From Polyangiaceae bacterium (GTDB lineage Bacteria; Myxococcota_A; Polyangia; Polyangiales; Polyangiaceae), in NCBI GenBank assembly GCA_965222375.1, contig CBDCTZ010000016.1, forward strand, positions 832,001-896,000: a stretch of DNA of 64,000 bases, read 5' to 3'. The notes beneath the pieces were generated by a model. It searched no databases, was not told the DNA's origin, and saw only the letters and a program-made list of their open reading frames with translations. Below, piece after piece: positions 11,021 through 20,142 of this stretch (positions are counted from its first letter, which is position 1; each line of letters opens with the position of its first letter). The position numbers were made by a program, and so were the translations under genes.

Positions 11021-11052
11021 ATAGAACTTTCAAAACTTTCTGAAGCTTCTGT
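11021..11052. promoter_or_regulatory. Imperfect palindromic operator for the GbsR-type regulator
   Basis: AT-rich AGAACTTTCA-N8-TGAAGCTTCT inverted repeat a few bases upstream of the regulator ATG. Confidence 0.65.
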
Positions 11053-11078
11053 AGGGCGAAAACTCCAAGCGGTCAAGG

Positions 11079-11337
11079 CCCCACCCGGGTTGATGTGCGG
11101 GCCGGGCCAAGGCCCCACCCGGGTTGATGTGCGGGCCGCACCCCCGGTTGTCCCCACCCGGGTTGATGTGCGAGGCGCCCCACCTGAGTTGATGCGCCCG
11201 ATGCGACGCCTAGAAGGACCCGGGTTGATGTACAGGGCGCGGGCGCTTTCATGGGTCCCGGGTTGCGGAGCGGCGGCGCTTGGGCGCTGGGGTCGCGAAG
11301 GTGCCGGGTTGCGAAGGTGCCGGGTTGCGAAGGTGCC
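11079..11337. repeat. REP-like cluster (CACCCGGGTTGATG x4 plus degenerate copies) and 16-bp tandem GCGAAGGTGCCGGGTT
   Basis: Core ACCCGGGT at 11083, 11117, 11156, 11218. The 16-bp unit runs 11295-11337. Confidence 0.9.
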
Positions 11338-11386
11338 CCGCCGGGGTGTCTGGCGCTTGGCCGTCCTCCCTGACACTCTGGTGGGG

Positions 11387-13219
11387 ATGTACGTCTGCCC
11401 CGAGTGCGGGAGGAGCGCCGCCGCCGGTGGATTCTGCACCGAGGACGGCGCCACTCTGGAGCGAGCCCAAGATCCGCTATTGGGTTCGCTGGTCGGAAGC
11501 TATCGCATCACTCGCTTGGTCGGATTCGGGGCCATGGGGGCCGTGTACATGGCGGTGCACCCCGGCATCGGCAGTCGCGTCGCGGTGAAGGTGCTCAACC
11601 AGGATCCGTCTCGAAGCCCCGCTTTGGTGGATCGGTTCTTTGCAGAGGCGCGAGCCGTGAACCTGATTCGGCACGAGCACATCGTCAACGTACTAGATCT
11701 GTCGCAGCTGCCTGATGGTCGCCCGTACATCGTCATGGAGTATTTGGACGGCGCGCCCATGGCCGCGTTGTTCGAGGCAGGCTCCGTTCCCATTGGCACC
11801 TTGGCTCGCGTTGTAGGCGAGGTGCTCGACGCGCTGGGCTCCGCGCACGACAAAGGTGTGGTGCACCGGGACTTGAAACCCGACAACCTGCATGTGACGC
11901 CAGCGGGGCACGTCAAGGTCCTCGACTTCGGTATCGCGAAACTGCGATCCGAGGCACCCGGTTCGGGCACGCGGACGGGGTCCCTGCTCGGTACTCCGCA
12001 CTACATGTCCCCGGAACAAGCGCTAGGCAAGGGCGTGGATGCGCGGGCAGATCTCTATGCCATCGGTGTAGTTCTGTATGAGGGCGCCACGGGCCAAAAA
12101 CCCTTCGATGCGCCGGCACTGTTCGACCTGTTGCGCAAGCACGTCGAGGAGCCCCCGCGCCCCCCCACCCAGCTGCGCCCAGACCTGCCCCCTGCGTACG
12201 AAAGCGTGATCCTGAAGGCGATGGCCAAGGATCCGGCTGCCCGATACCAAACTGCTCAGGAGTTTTCTCAAGCACTGCTGGACGCGACCCGTTCGTTGCC
12301 GGATTCGGCGTGGGCGCCGGTTTCAACCGGTGGTGCTGTGGCGGCAGCCATGCAGTCCCGAGCGCGATCTGGGATCCGCTCCACCGCGCCGATGCAGGAA
12401 GTGCCAGCCAATGCCGGCGCCGCTACGAGCCCGACCGTTCCCAGCGCCGGCACCTACGCCGGTGCGTCCTTGCCGGCGGCGGCTGCGACCCCAGTTCCGA
12501 AGAAGAGCGGCATGGGTTACTTGCTGGCGGCGATCGGGGCTGTTGTGCTGTTGGCAGGCCTGCTCGGGCTTGGGGTGGTTGTGCTCGTCGGTGGCTTCTT
12601 GGTTAGCGAGGATTCAACCGCATCTGCCCCCGGTGCGCCCGACCCGGCAGAGCCTTTCGCCGTGAGTGATCCGGAGGCTGATGATGACGACGATGACGAC
12701 CCGCTCGTGCTGCCCGGGTTGCCAAAGCCGGGTCCCAAGGTGGACATCAAGAACTTCGACGTGTGGGCGTTCTTTCCTGAGGCGGAGCGGATTTCGAAAA
12801 CTCACGCTGCCGATGCACGCTTCGTCCGTTTAGATGCCTCGGGAATCAAAGCGAACGGCAAGGTCGATCTCAGCTTCGACATGTCGAGCAGCGTGCTGTA
12901 TCGCTTTCGTTCGCCCTCCCTTTCGGTTCGGCCCGCGGGGCACCCCGACAACGCTCCGTTCAAGAGCAAGTGCTACGTCTACGTGAACGTCGCCAAGGAC
13001 GGTGTGACGTCGTTCCTCGCCCAATGGACCTGCGACATGCCGTTCCTCCCCAAGCCGCGTTGCTCCCCAGTTCAGGTTTGGAACCGCGCTGAAGCCATGG
13101 GCGCCCCCAGGGGAAACCTGATCGGTAATCTAGGCTACTGGGCGGATTCGCGCGGCCGTGGGCGCTGGCACGTCACGATCCGACCGAGCTTCAGCAAATG
13201 GGTACCCGACTCGTGCTGA
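11387..13219 (+). CDS. Ser/Thr protein kinase (Hanks type), N-terminal Zn ribbon, one TM helix, extracytoplasmic C-terminal domain
   Basis: GFGAMGAVY, VAVK, HRDLKPDN, DFG, GTPHYMSPE motifs. CPEC...C at the N-terminus. Start set at MYVCPEC. Confidence 0.93.
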   Translation: MYVCPECGRSAAAGGFCTEDGATLERAQDPLLGSLVGSYRITRLVGFGAMGAVYMAVHPGIGSRVAVKVLNQDPSRSPALVDRFFAEARAVNLIRHEHIVNVLDLSQLPDGRPYIVMEYLDGAPMAALFEAGSVPIGTLARVVGEVLDALGSAHDKGVVHRDLKPDNLHVTPAGHVKVLDFGIAKLRSEAPGSGTRTGSLLGTPHYMSPEQALGKGVDARADLYAIGVVLYEGATGQKPFDAPALFDLLRKHVEEPPRPPTQLRPDLPPAYESVILKAMAKDPAARYQTAQEFSQALLDATRSLPDSAWAPVSTGGAVAAAMQSRARSGIRSTAPMQEVPANAGAATSPTVPSAGTYAGASLPAAAATPVPKKSGMGYLLAAIGAVVLLAGLLGLGVVVLVGGFLVSEDSTASAPGAPDPAEPFAVSDPEADDDDDDDPLVLPGLPKPGPKVDIKNFDVWAFFPEAERISKTHAADARFVRLDASGIKANGKVDLSFDMSSSVLYRFRSPSLSVRPAGHPDNAPFKSKCYVYVNVAKDGVTSFLAQWTCDMPFLPKPRCSPVQVWNRAEAMGAPRGNLIGNLGYWADSRGRGRWHVTIRPSFSKWVPDSC

Positions 13220-13389
13220 GCGCCGACTCACTTGCTGGCGCGTAGGGTCTTGCCCTTGTTTGGGTGGACGGCGAGGTCAAGTAGATGTGGGATGTGCGTC
13301 GGTACCCAGGCTCCACCCTGCCCGCTTGGCCCAACGCATGCCTGAACTCTGGCCGCATCCCAGCGCCAACCCGGCGTCGCGACCGGGCC

Positions 13390-14331
13390 TTACTCGATCT
13401 TGGAGAAGCTCATGGCGCCATCGCGCATGTAGCGGCGATAGGGCCGCCCCAAAACCGAGTCCGTCGAGATCGTTCCGACACTTCGACTGTCTACCGAGTT
13501 GGGCCGGTTGTCGCCCAGAACGAAGACGTGACCCTCAGGCACGCGAAGCTTGGCTGTGGGGCCGTCCCCGGGCCCCAGGACAATCCCATGGGTCGTGCCC
13601 AGCACCTCTGTATGCGCCAGGGCGCTCTGGCATGCTGGTTCCTTGGCGGGCTCGACCTTGGCGGCCTCGCTGTTGACGGTGACGCGCCCCTTGGGATCCA
13701 CTTCCACTTCTTGTCCCGCGACGGCGACGACTCGGTGCACAAATGCCATGTTCTTACCGCCTTCGTAGACGACAATGTCCCCTCGGGCGGGTGAGCCGCC
13801 GCGGTACGCCGTCTTGTCCACGAACATCTGGTCGCCAACCTGCAACGTGGGGCACATGGCCGCGCTCGGTACCTTGAACGCCTCGATGCAAACGGCTCGT
13901 ACCGTCGCGCTCATGGCGACGGGAGCGATCAGCCAGGTGAACCCGCACACGCCGGCGAAGATGAACCACATCTTCGTCGCCTGCTCCTTCTTGGGGAGGC
14001 GATAGGCATCGAATGCGCATGCGGCCAACCATGCGAAAGTTGCGATGACCACGGCGGGCAACGCGACCATCCACCAAGCACTCAGGACCGTGAATACGAG
14101 CCACAGGCTGAGCAGCGCGAGCAAGAAGTAGATGCCGCGACGCGCGTGCCCGCGCAGTGCATGCCCTAGACCCGGCAAGAAGAGTGTGGCAATCAGCGCG
14201 AGTAGAGACCGCTCCGACCCGGGTGCTCCCTGTTCCGAAAGCTCGATCGAGTCCTGGCCTTCGAGCCCCTCGACGGCGGCGAGGTCATCGAGCTCCTGCC
14301 GCTTCTCGAGGCTTTGGATCGGGTCACTCAT
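13390..14331 (-). CDS. lepB: Signal peptidase I-like protein (His in place of the usual catalytic Lys)
   Basis: AFKVPSAAMCPTL, RGDIVV, FVHRVV, VFVLGDNRPNSVDSR motifs; N-terminal TM helices. Confidence 0.85.
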   Translation of the reverse strand: MSDPIQSLEKRQELDDLAAVEGLEGQDSIELSEQGAPGSERSLLALIATLFLPGLGHALRGHARRGIYFLLALLSLWLVFTVLSAWWMVALPAVVIATFAWLAACAFDAYRLPKKEQATKMWFIFAGVCGFTWLIAPVAMSATVRAVCIEAFKVPSAAMCPTLQVGDQMFVDKTAYRGGSPARGDIVVYEGGKNMAFVHRVVAVAGQEVEVDPKGRVTVNSEAAKVEPAKEPACQSALAHTEVLGTTHGIVLGPGDGPTAKLRVPEGHVFVLGDNRPNSVDSRSVGTISTDSVLGRPYRRYMRDGAMSFSKIE

Positions 14332-14346
14332 CAGGCAGCACGTCGC

Positions 14347-15288
14347 TCAATTCGGGAAGACGATACCGCGGAAGTCCTTGGATCTAAAGGGCAAATCGAG
14401 ACGAGGTCGGCGTGGCATGGCCGCCTGAACGATGTGGGGTCGCCTCGCGAAGCGCGTGGGGTACACGTTATAATAGAATAGGATGTCCACCCCGGGTTCG
14501 GGACTGAATTCGAGCTGTCTCTGCAGCGCAGGATCGATACAGGCGTCGATGGCATCTTCGACGGCGTTTTCGTTGAAGCGCGTCGGAGTTATGTACTCAT
14601 CACTCTGCATCGGTCCACTACTCGGGACCGGCGAGTTGCCATTCAGCCAGAGTGACACTTCGTCTTCTGCTGAAAACGGATCGACCAACTTGCCGTTGTG
14701 CCAGACGTTGTAGTGCACGTGGGGCACATTCCAGGGGAAGGTGAACAGCATGTCGATACCCGAGGCGCCGCTCAGAGCTATGGGCTCTCCGCGCTGCACC
14801 ATGTCGCCTTGCTGCACTAGTGCCCGGCCCAAGTGATTGCTGGAGGTGAGCAGGCCATCTCCGTGATCGATCAGGATCTTGAGCCCACCTCGGTTGAATT
14901 CACTAGAAATGCGCGCAACTCTCCCGGGGGCCGCCGCGACCACGACCGTACCCACGGGAATCGCGAAGTCGGTCCCGTTGTGACTATCGTAGGTCAGCGT
15001 GCCGCCGCGAAAATCCCGGGCTTGGGTCTTTCGCACCGACCAACCCAAATCAGGATCTGTTTGGGTGTGGTTGAACAGATTATAGACGGGTATCAAACCG
15101 TCTTTGCGCGCCCTCCGTGTCCACGTCGCCAGCGCCAGGGTCGGCCGAAATACGCGGAGGCTAGACAGTCCGAAGCGGCTCTTGGGGGTCAGAGGATCCC
15201 CACCGAGCGCTAGCTGTACTTCACGCAGGGCTTTGGACCAGGGTGAGAGTCCAAATACCTCTGCCACGGTCAGGGGTTGATGGGACAC
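14347..15288 (-). CDS. M23 family metallopeptidase
   Basis: HNGTD and HVH zinc motifs, GTVVVAAAPG. The start is uncertain (GTG 15288). Confidence 0.88.
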   Translation of the reverse strand: MSHQPLTVAEVFGLSPWSKALREVQLALGGDPLTPKSRFGLSSLRVFRPTLALATWTRRARKDGLIPVYNLFNHTQTDPDLGWSVRKTQARDFRGGTLTYDSHNGTDFAIPVGTVVVAAAPGRVARISSEFNRGGLKILIDHGDGLLTSSNHLGRALVQQGDMVQRGEPIALSGASGIDMLFTFPWNVPHVHYNVWHNGKLVDPFSAEDEVSLWLNGNSPVPSSGPMQSDEYITPTRFNENAVEDAIDACIDPALQRQLEFSPEPGVDILFYYNVYPTRFARRPHIVQAAMPRRPRLDLPFRSKDFRGIVFPN

Positions 15289-15382
15289 GCGGCCAGGCGT
15301 CCCGCTTTGGCGTCCTGCCGTCAAGTTGGCGCTGGGCGGCAGGCCTGGGCCATGAGAACACGGCGTGTTATCCCCAAAGGTG

Positions 15383-15685
15383 ATGCATGGGCGCTGGCCA
15401 GCTGCTGCCACTGCGCTGGTACTTACGGCTTGTGTGGTCGGTGCCGAGCGGCGCCCGACCATGGAGCAAAGCCGCCCCGTGCCTCCCCGCCCCGACGAGC
15501 GTAGCTCGGCGGGGGATCTGTTGGTGGGGGGCCCACCCGAGCCTGGACGGCAGGTGCGACCGCCCAAGCCCGATCCCGACTCGGTGTGGGTGGAGGGTTC
15601 TTGGGGTTGGGATGGCGTACGCTACGCGTGGCAGCCTGGGCGCTGGGAGCCCAGATGTCCGAGTTGGGTCAGGGTTCGCCGCTGA
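15383..15685 (+). CDS. Small lipoprotein with YXWGXW-type repeat
   Basis: Lipobox LTAC; VWVEGSWGWDGVRYAWQPGRW. Confidence 0.7.
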   Translation: MHGRWPAAATALVLTACVVGAERRPTMEQSRPVPPRPDERSSAGDLLVGGPPEPGRQVRPPKPDPDSVWVEGSWGWDGVRYAWQPGRWEPRCPSWVRVRR

Positions 15686-15692
15686 ACGTGAG

Positions 15693-16484
15693 TCAGAGGT
15701 CGGTGGTGCCGCGGATGCCGATCATCAGCCACTGATGCATCCCGGTTTGCTCGATGTCGTTGTCTTGGCTTGCGCCGCCGCCCGAGAGTTTGACCTTGCT
15801 GAATTGCCCCAACGTTAGTGCTGCGAAGGGGCCCAGGGCGCTGTTGGGGCCCGTGGCGAAGTCCAATCCGAGTTGGCCGTTGACGAACTCGAAGCCACGC
15901 AGCTGCGTGTCCGTGTTGTTCACGGTCCCGCTGAACCACTCGTAGCCGATGCCGGCGCCGAGCCAGAAGCTCGTGGCTCCTCCGGGATTGGTGAAGTAGT
16001 GGAACTGCGCGCCGAGTCGCACGTCCGTTCCGGAACAATCCGCTCCGTCGGGACAACCGGGATCGCCCGGCGCGTCCGCACTCTCGAAGAGAAGAAAGCC
16101 TACCGATGCATAGAGCCCTACGAGCAACTTCGGTGAGATCTTGTAACCGAGATCCAGCCACACTGGGATTTGCCCAACCAGGCCATCGCTCAGGTCGACA
16201 TCTTGAATGGACTCGCCAAGCGGGAGCCCAAAACCCAGGCGCAGACCGATTTGAACGGACCCGGCGCCGCCGCTATCGCCCCAGCCGCCACTGGAGCTGC
16301 CTTGGTAGTCCCACTCGCTTGAGGAGTCGGCGTCTTCGCCTCCTGGGTTTTCCTCGGGCGCATCGGGATCGCCTTCCTCTTTGGGAGGTAGCACCTCGAT
16401 GATCTGACCGTCCGAGGTTTGGGCGGTTGCCGGAGCGGCGAAGGTCAGTCCGACAGCGAAGCTAATGATGCCAAGGCGGCGCAC
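15693..16484 (-). CDS. Outer-membrane beta-barrel protein (OmpA-like 8-strand type)
   Basis: Signal peptide ending ATA-Q, alternating amphipathic strands, C-terminal IGIRGTTDL. Confidence 0.75.
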   Translation of the reverse strand: MRRLGIISFAVGLTFAAPATAQTSDGQIIEVLPPKEEGDPDAPEENPGGEDADSSSEWDYQGSSSGGWGDSGGAGSVQIGLRLGFGLPLGESIQDVDLSDGLVGQIPVWLDLGYKISPKLLVGLYASVGFLLFESADAPGDPGCPDGADCSGTDVRLGAQFHYFTNPGGATSFWLGAGIGYEWFSGTVNNTDTQLRGFEFVNGQLGLDFATGPNSALGPFAALTLGQFSKVKLSGGGASQDNDIEQTGMHQWLMIGIRGTTDL

Positions 16485-16566
16485 GTTGAAATCATCGCCG
16501 GCCCGAGGACAAAGCGCCAACTTTTGAATGATTCGGGATCGAATCCCGCAAAGGTCGCAGCGCTGA

Positions 16567-17181
16567 CTACTCGCAGAAGCCGCCCGCACAGACCCCGGAG
16601 CAACACTCCGGCGCGTCAAAACATGGGAATTCGGGTGGCAAACAAGGGGGGCCTCCACCCAGTCCGCCGAGTCCCCCCAAGCCACCGCCAAAACCAGCTA
16701 ACCCTCCGCTGCCCAGCCCTCCCGTGCCGAAGCCGCCGCTGCCGCCGGAACCGGAACTGGCGCCGGAGCCACCGGTGCCGGTGGACGGAATGCTGAAAGG
16801 CAGATTGGGGCATTCGTTGGGGCACTTGGTCGACAGGCAGCTGCCCATGCCGCTGAGACAATCCTGGCAGTCTTTGGGTGCCTGTTGAACGCACAGATCC
16901 GCGCAGAGCTGGTCGGAGCACGTACACAGGCAGTTGATCAACGGCATGCACAGTCCCGAAAACTGCGCAGACGGCCAGCCCGATCCCAAGCAAGCGCCCG
17001 TCTCACTCGGGCACGCGCTCGAGGCGCAACCTGCGCACGGCTGTACGACCCGGATCCGATTGCCGTTGCCGCAATCGTGGCTGGGCTGCGCGGCCCCGCT
17101 CCCGCCTCCGCCTGAGCTGCAGGCGCCGGCGGGCAGGCCCAAGCAAGCACCCAGGATTGCCGGAATCAGCGCCCTTCTCAT
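16567..17181 (-). CDS. Cys/Gly-rich lipoprotein
   Basis: Lipobox AGAC, many Cys, Gly linker, C-terminal C-C-CC-C-C knottin-like spacing. Confidence 0.75.
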   Translation of the reverse strand: MRRALIPAILGACLGLPAGACSSGGGGSGAAQPSHDCGNGNRIRVVQPCAGCASSACPSETGACLGSGWPSAQFSGLCMPLINCLCTCSDQLCADLCVQQAPKDCQDCLSGMGSCLSTKCPNECPNLPFSIPSTGTGGSGASSGSGGSGGFGTGGLGSGGLAGFGGGLGGLGGLGGGPPCLPPEFPCFDAPECCSGVCAGGFCE

Positions 17182-17270
17182 GCGCCAAGCCTACGCCCAA
17201 AGGCGGTCACTATCCATTCCACGCCTTTCTGGGACTCGCGATCGGCCTCACCGCGCGCTAGCCTTTCCCC

Positions 17271-18920
17271 GTGCACATCCGCAAGATCTTGGCGAGCATC
17301 GCCGCCGCCTCCCTCGTGGCCAGCGCGGCTGTTGCTGCCGGGCCGGTGCTGCACACCTACTTCGAGCCCGATCCCGAAGAAGACCTCGCGCTGCGCGCGA
17401 CGACCGCCGGCGGCAAGATGCCAGCCGCCTTGGACACCCCGAGCGGCACGGTCAGAGCGCCGGACGTCGCCAAAGAGCCCGACCAGAGCGAACTGGCCTA
17501 CGGCGGCACATCCACGCCCAGCAGCGTTGATGCCAGCTATCGCATCGACCGGGACACGACCCGCCCAGACACGGTCAGCTACGACGACCCTTTCATACCT
17601 GCGGTGACGCCGTTCAAGCGGCTCTACGCCTACGACAGTGTCGACAACTCGATCGAACTCGTCGTGCACGACAAGAACCTGGAGCGCGTCACGATTGGCG
17701 GGCACGTGGCGAGCGGCGACGACCAGTTTTACGGAGATTTGGTGGTCGACCTGGCCGAGGACACGCCAGTCCGCATTCCCAGCGTGGGGCCCGGGGTGCG
17801 CATTCTCGCCGCGCACACCAATCCAAAGGTGAAGTTCGAAGTTTTGCGGGACGGCGCGGACAACTGGTTCATTCGCGCACCCGCACGAAAGCGTGTACGC
17901 CTCGTGCTTCAGCTCGCGATTCGCCGGGCGTCCTTTGGCAGCGACTTCGCGGATGTCGGTTGGTCAGCTCTCGCCCGCCGAGTGCCGCTGCTGCCCGCTC
18001 ATGCCGCCCAGGCCGGGTCCGAGGTGCTGACCAAGCTCGGCGTTTCGAAAGCGCTCAGCCCCCGGCAAGCACTGCTCCAACTCGTGCAACACTTCCGAGC
18101 GTTTTCGCCATCGACGACGCGACCTCAAGCCAGGGGTATCGAGCTGTACAAGGAGTTGGCGCTGGAGCAAAAAGGCGTATGCCGCCATCGAGCCTACGCG
18201 TTCGTCATCACGGCTCTCGCCCTTGGCCTACCCGCTCGCATGGCTCGCAACGAGGCTCACGCCTGGGTCGAGGTATTCGATGGGTCGATTTGGCATCGCA
18301 TCGATTTGGGCGGAGCTGCCGGGGAAATGCAGACCGAGCTCGACCCCAATCAACCGGTTCACCAACCGCCGGAGGATCCCTTCGCCTGGCCGGAGGGTTC
18401 AGAGAGCGGGCTGGACATGGCGGGTCGAGCACTGGGTGGTGGCAACAGCAGCAGCGGCAATGGAAGCAGTGCTTCGGGATCTGGACCGAGCTCGCAGGGC
18501 GTGCCTCAACCTTCGCCATCCGCGGTCGGCCCCTTCGGCCCCGATGGTGGGTTGAGCGCGGTGCCTGCTCCCTTGGGCGACGTGGACGGAGGCGCCGGGG
18601 TGACCCAAGAGGAGGAAGAGGACCCGCGCCCGGAGGCGAAGGTCGCAATGCGCACTACGACGACCCAAGCGCGCCGAGGAGAACCCATACCTGTGCGCGG
18701 TCGGATAGAGGCGGACGGCAAGGGCTGCGCCGGAGTGCGGGTCGACTTTGCGCTGCGCGCACAAGATGGCCGAACCATTCCGATTCAATCCCTAGCCGCC
18801 GGGCAAGACGGGTCCTATTCGGGTTCTGTGGTCGTGCCACCCGGAGTCGACGTTGGCGACTATGAGCTCATCGTCTCCACGCCGGGGGATCAACGCTGCG
18901 GCAAGGGTGAGGCAAAGTGA
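17271..18920 (+). CDS. Exported transglutaminase-like domain protein
   Basis: Signal peptide; triad motifs GVCRH, EAHAWVEV, RIDLG; C-terminal Ig-like domain. Confidence 0.85.
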   Translation: MHIRKILASIAAASLVASAAVAAGPVLHTYFEPDPEEDLALRATTAGGKMPAALDTPSGTVRAPDVAKEPDQSELAYGGTSTPSSVDASYRIDRDTTRPDTVSYDDPFIPAVTPFKRLYAYDSVDNSIELVVHDKNLERVTIGGHVASGDDQFYGDLVVDLAEDTPVRIPSVGPGVRILAAHTNPKVKFEVLRDGADNWFIRAPARKRVRLVLQLAIRRASFGSDFADVGWSALARRVPLLPAHAAQAGSEVLTKLGVSKALSPRQALLQLVQHFRAFSPSTTRPQARGIELYKELALEQKGVCRHRAYAFVITALALGLPARMARNEAHAWVEVFDGSIWHRIDLGGAAGEMQTELDPNQPVHQPPEDPFAWPEGSESGLDMAGRALGGGNSSSGNGSSASGSGPSSQGVPQPSPSAVGPFGPDGGLSAVPAPLGDVDGGAGVTQEEEEDPRPEAKVAMRTTTTQARRGEPIPVRGRIEADGKGCAGVRVDFALRAQDGRTIPIQSLAAGQDGSYSGSVVVPPGVDVGDYELIVSTPGDQRCGKGEAK

Positions 18921-20116
18921 GCGATCTCGTCGTTCCCTTCATCTACGCGCTTCGAGATCGACGCCTCGCCGTGGGTGCGCAGGAGGCCGTGCAGCTCTCG
19001 CGGGCCTTGTCCCTCGGCCTGCATCAGAACAGCTTGGACGGGTTCTACTACGTCGCCCGCGCGTTGTTGGTGCACCGGGAAAGCGACTTGGACAAATTCG
19101 ACGAGGCCTTTCTGTCCCATTTCAAGGGCGTGGTCGTCGAGACCACCAGTGCGCTGTCTGAACTAGAGGAGTGGCTGAAGGATCCAAAGGTCCTCGAGGG
19201 GCTCACCGATGAAGAGAAAGCCGCCATCGAGGAGCTCTGTCCCGAGGAGCTTCGGGAACTTCTCGAACAACGCTTGCGTGAGCAGACCGAACGTCATGAC
19301 GGCGGCAATCGCTGGATCGGCACGGGGGGAACGAGTCCTTTCGGAACCGGTGGCTACCATCCGAGCGGCGTCAGCATGCGCGCGGGTAGCAAAGGCCGCG
19401 GCGGCCGAAGTGCCATGGGCATGGCAGACGCTCGCCGCTACCGACCCTATCGATCGGATTTGGTCTTGGACGTGCGACAGATCCAGGTCGCTCTGAGAAA
19501 GCTGCGCAGCTTTACTCGAGAAGGCGTCGAAGACGAACTGGATATCGAGGCAACCATCGATGCGACCGCCAAGAACGCTGGCGAACTCGAAATCGTGCTG
19601 CGCCCGCCTCGCCGCTCCAACACCCGCGTGCTCTTGTTGATGGATGTCGGGGGTTCCATGGACCCTTACGCCCATACTTGCTCGCAGCTCTTCTCGGCGG
19701 CCCGGCGCGCGTCCAACTTCCGGGAGCTACGCACCCACTACTTCCACAACACCATTTACGGTCGCGTGTACGGCACCGACGCGCTGATGGAGCCCGAAGA
19801 CGTCAGCTATCTCATCGATCAACTCAACGCGCGTTGGAAGGTCGTGATTGTCGGCGATGCGGCCATGGCGCCCGGAGAACTGCTCGGCACTGGACCTTGG
19901 GGCGCCCCCGGGGCGATGAGTGGGCTGGATTGGCTGATGCTGATCGCCCAACGCTTCGAGCGTTGTGTATGGTTGAACCCCGACCCACCGAACTACTGGG
20001 GTGGTGGAACGTGCAAGGCGATCGGCGAGGTGTTCCCAATGTTCCCGCTGACCCTGGAGGGGTTGAGCGAAGCCATGGCGAGTCTTTCCAAAGCACCCGG
20101 TCGCGGCGGCCGCTAG
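18917..20116 (+). CDS. VWA domain (CoxE-like) protein
   Basis: RHDGGNRWIGTGGTSPFG, LMDVGGSMDPY, VGDAAMAP, WLNP motifs. GTGA overlap with the upstream gene. Confidence 0.88.
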   Translation: MSDLVVPFIYALRDRRLAVGAQEAVQLSRALSLGLHQNSLDGFYYVARALLVHRESDLDKFDEAFLSHFKGVVVETTSALSELEEWLKDPKVLEGLTDEEKAAIEELCPEELRELLEQRLREQTERHDGGNRWIGTGGTSPFGTGGYHPSGVSMRAGSKGRGGRSAMGMADARRYRPYRSDLVLDVRQIQVALRKLRSFTREGVEDELDIEATIDATAKNAGELEIVLRPPRRSNTRVLLLMDVGGSMDPYAHTCSQLFSAARRASNFRELRTHYFHNTIYGRVYGTDALMEPEDVSYLIDQLNARWKVVIVGDAAMAPGELLGTGPWGAPGAMSGLDWLMLIAQRFERCVWLNPDPPNYWGGGTCKAIGEVFPMFPLTLEGLSEAMASLSKAPGRGGR

Positions 20117-20142
20117 CGCGCCTCGCCCTCGCCGCCCTTGGG

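Noticed and set aside
11079..11230. Repeat-spacer pattern suggesting a mini CRISPR array
   Set aside because: Repeats are only about 14-21 nt, spacers are irregular and short, there are no cas genes, and the same motif is dispersed through the window.
11090..11386. N-terminal extension of the kinase ORF
   Set aside because: It is a translation of the repeat cluster. MYVCPEC at 11387 is the typical start for this kinase type.
19678..20142. N-terminal extension of the 780-aa ORF overlapping the VWA gene
   Set aside because: It overlaps a conserved gene in another frame, and a signal peptide begins only after the VWA stop.
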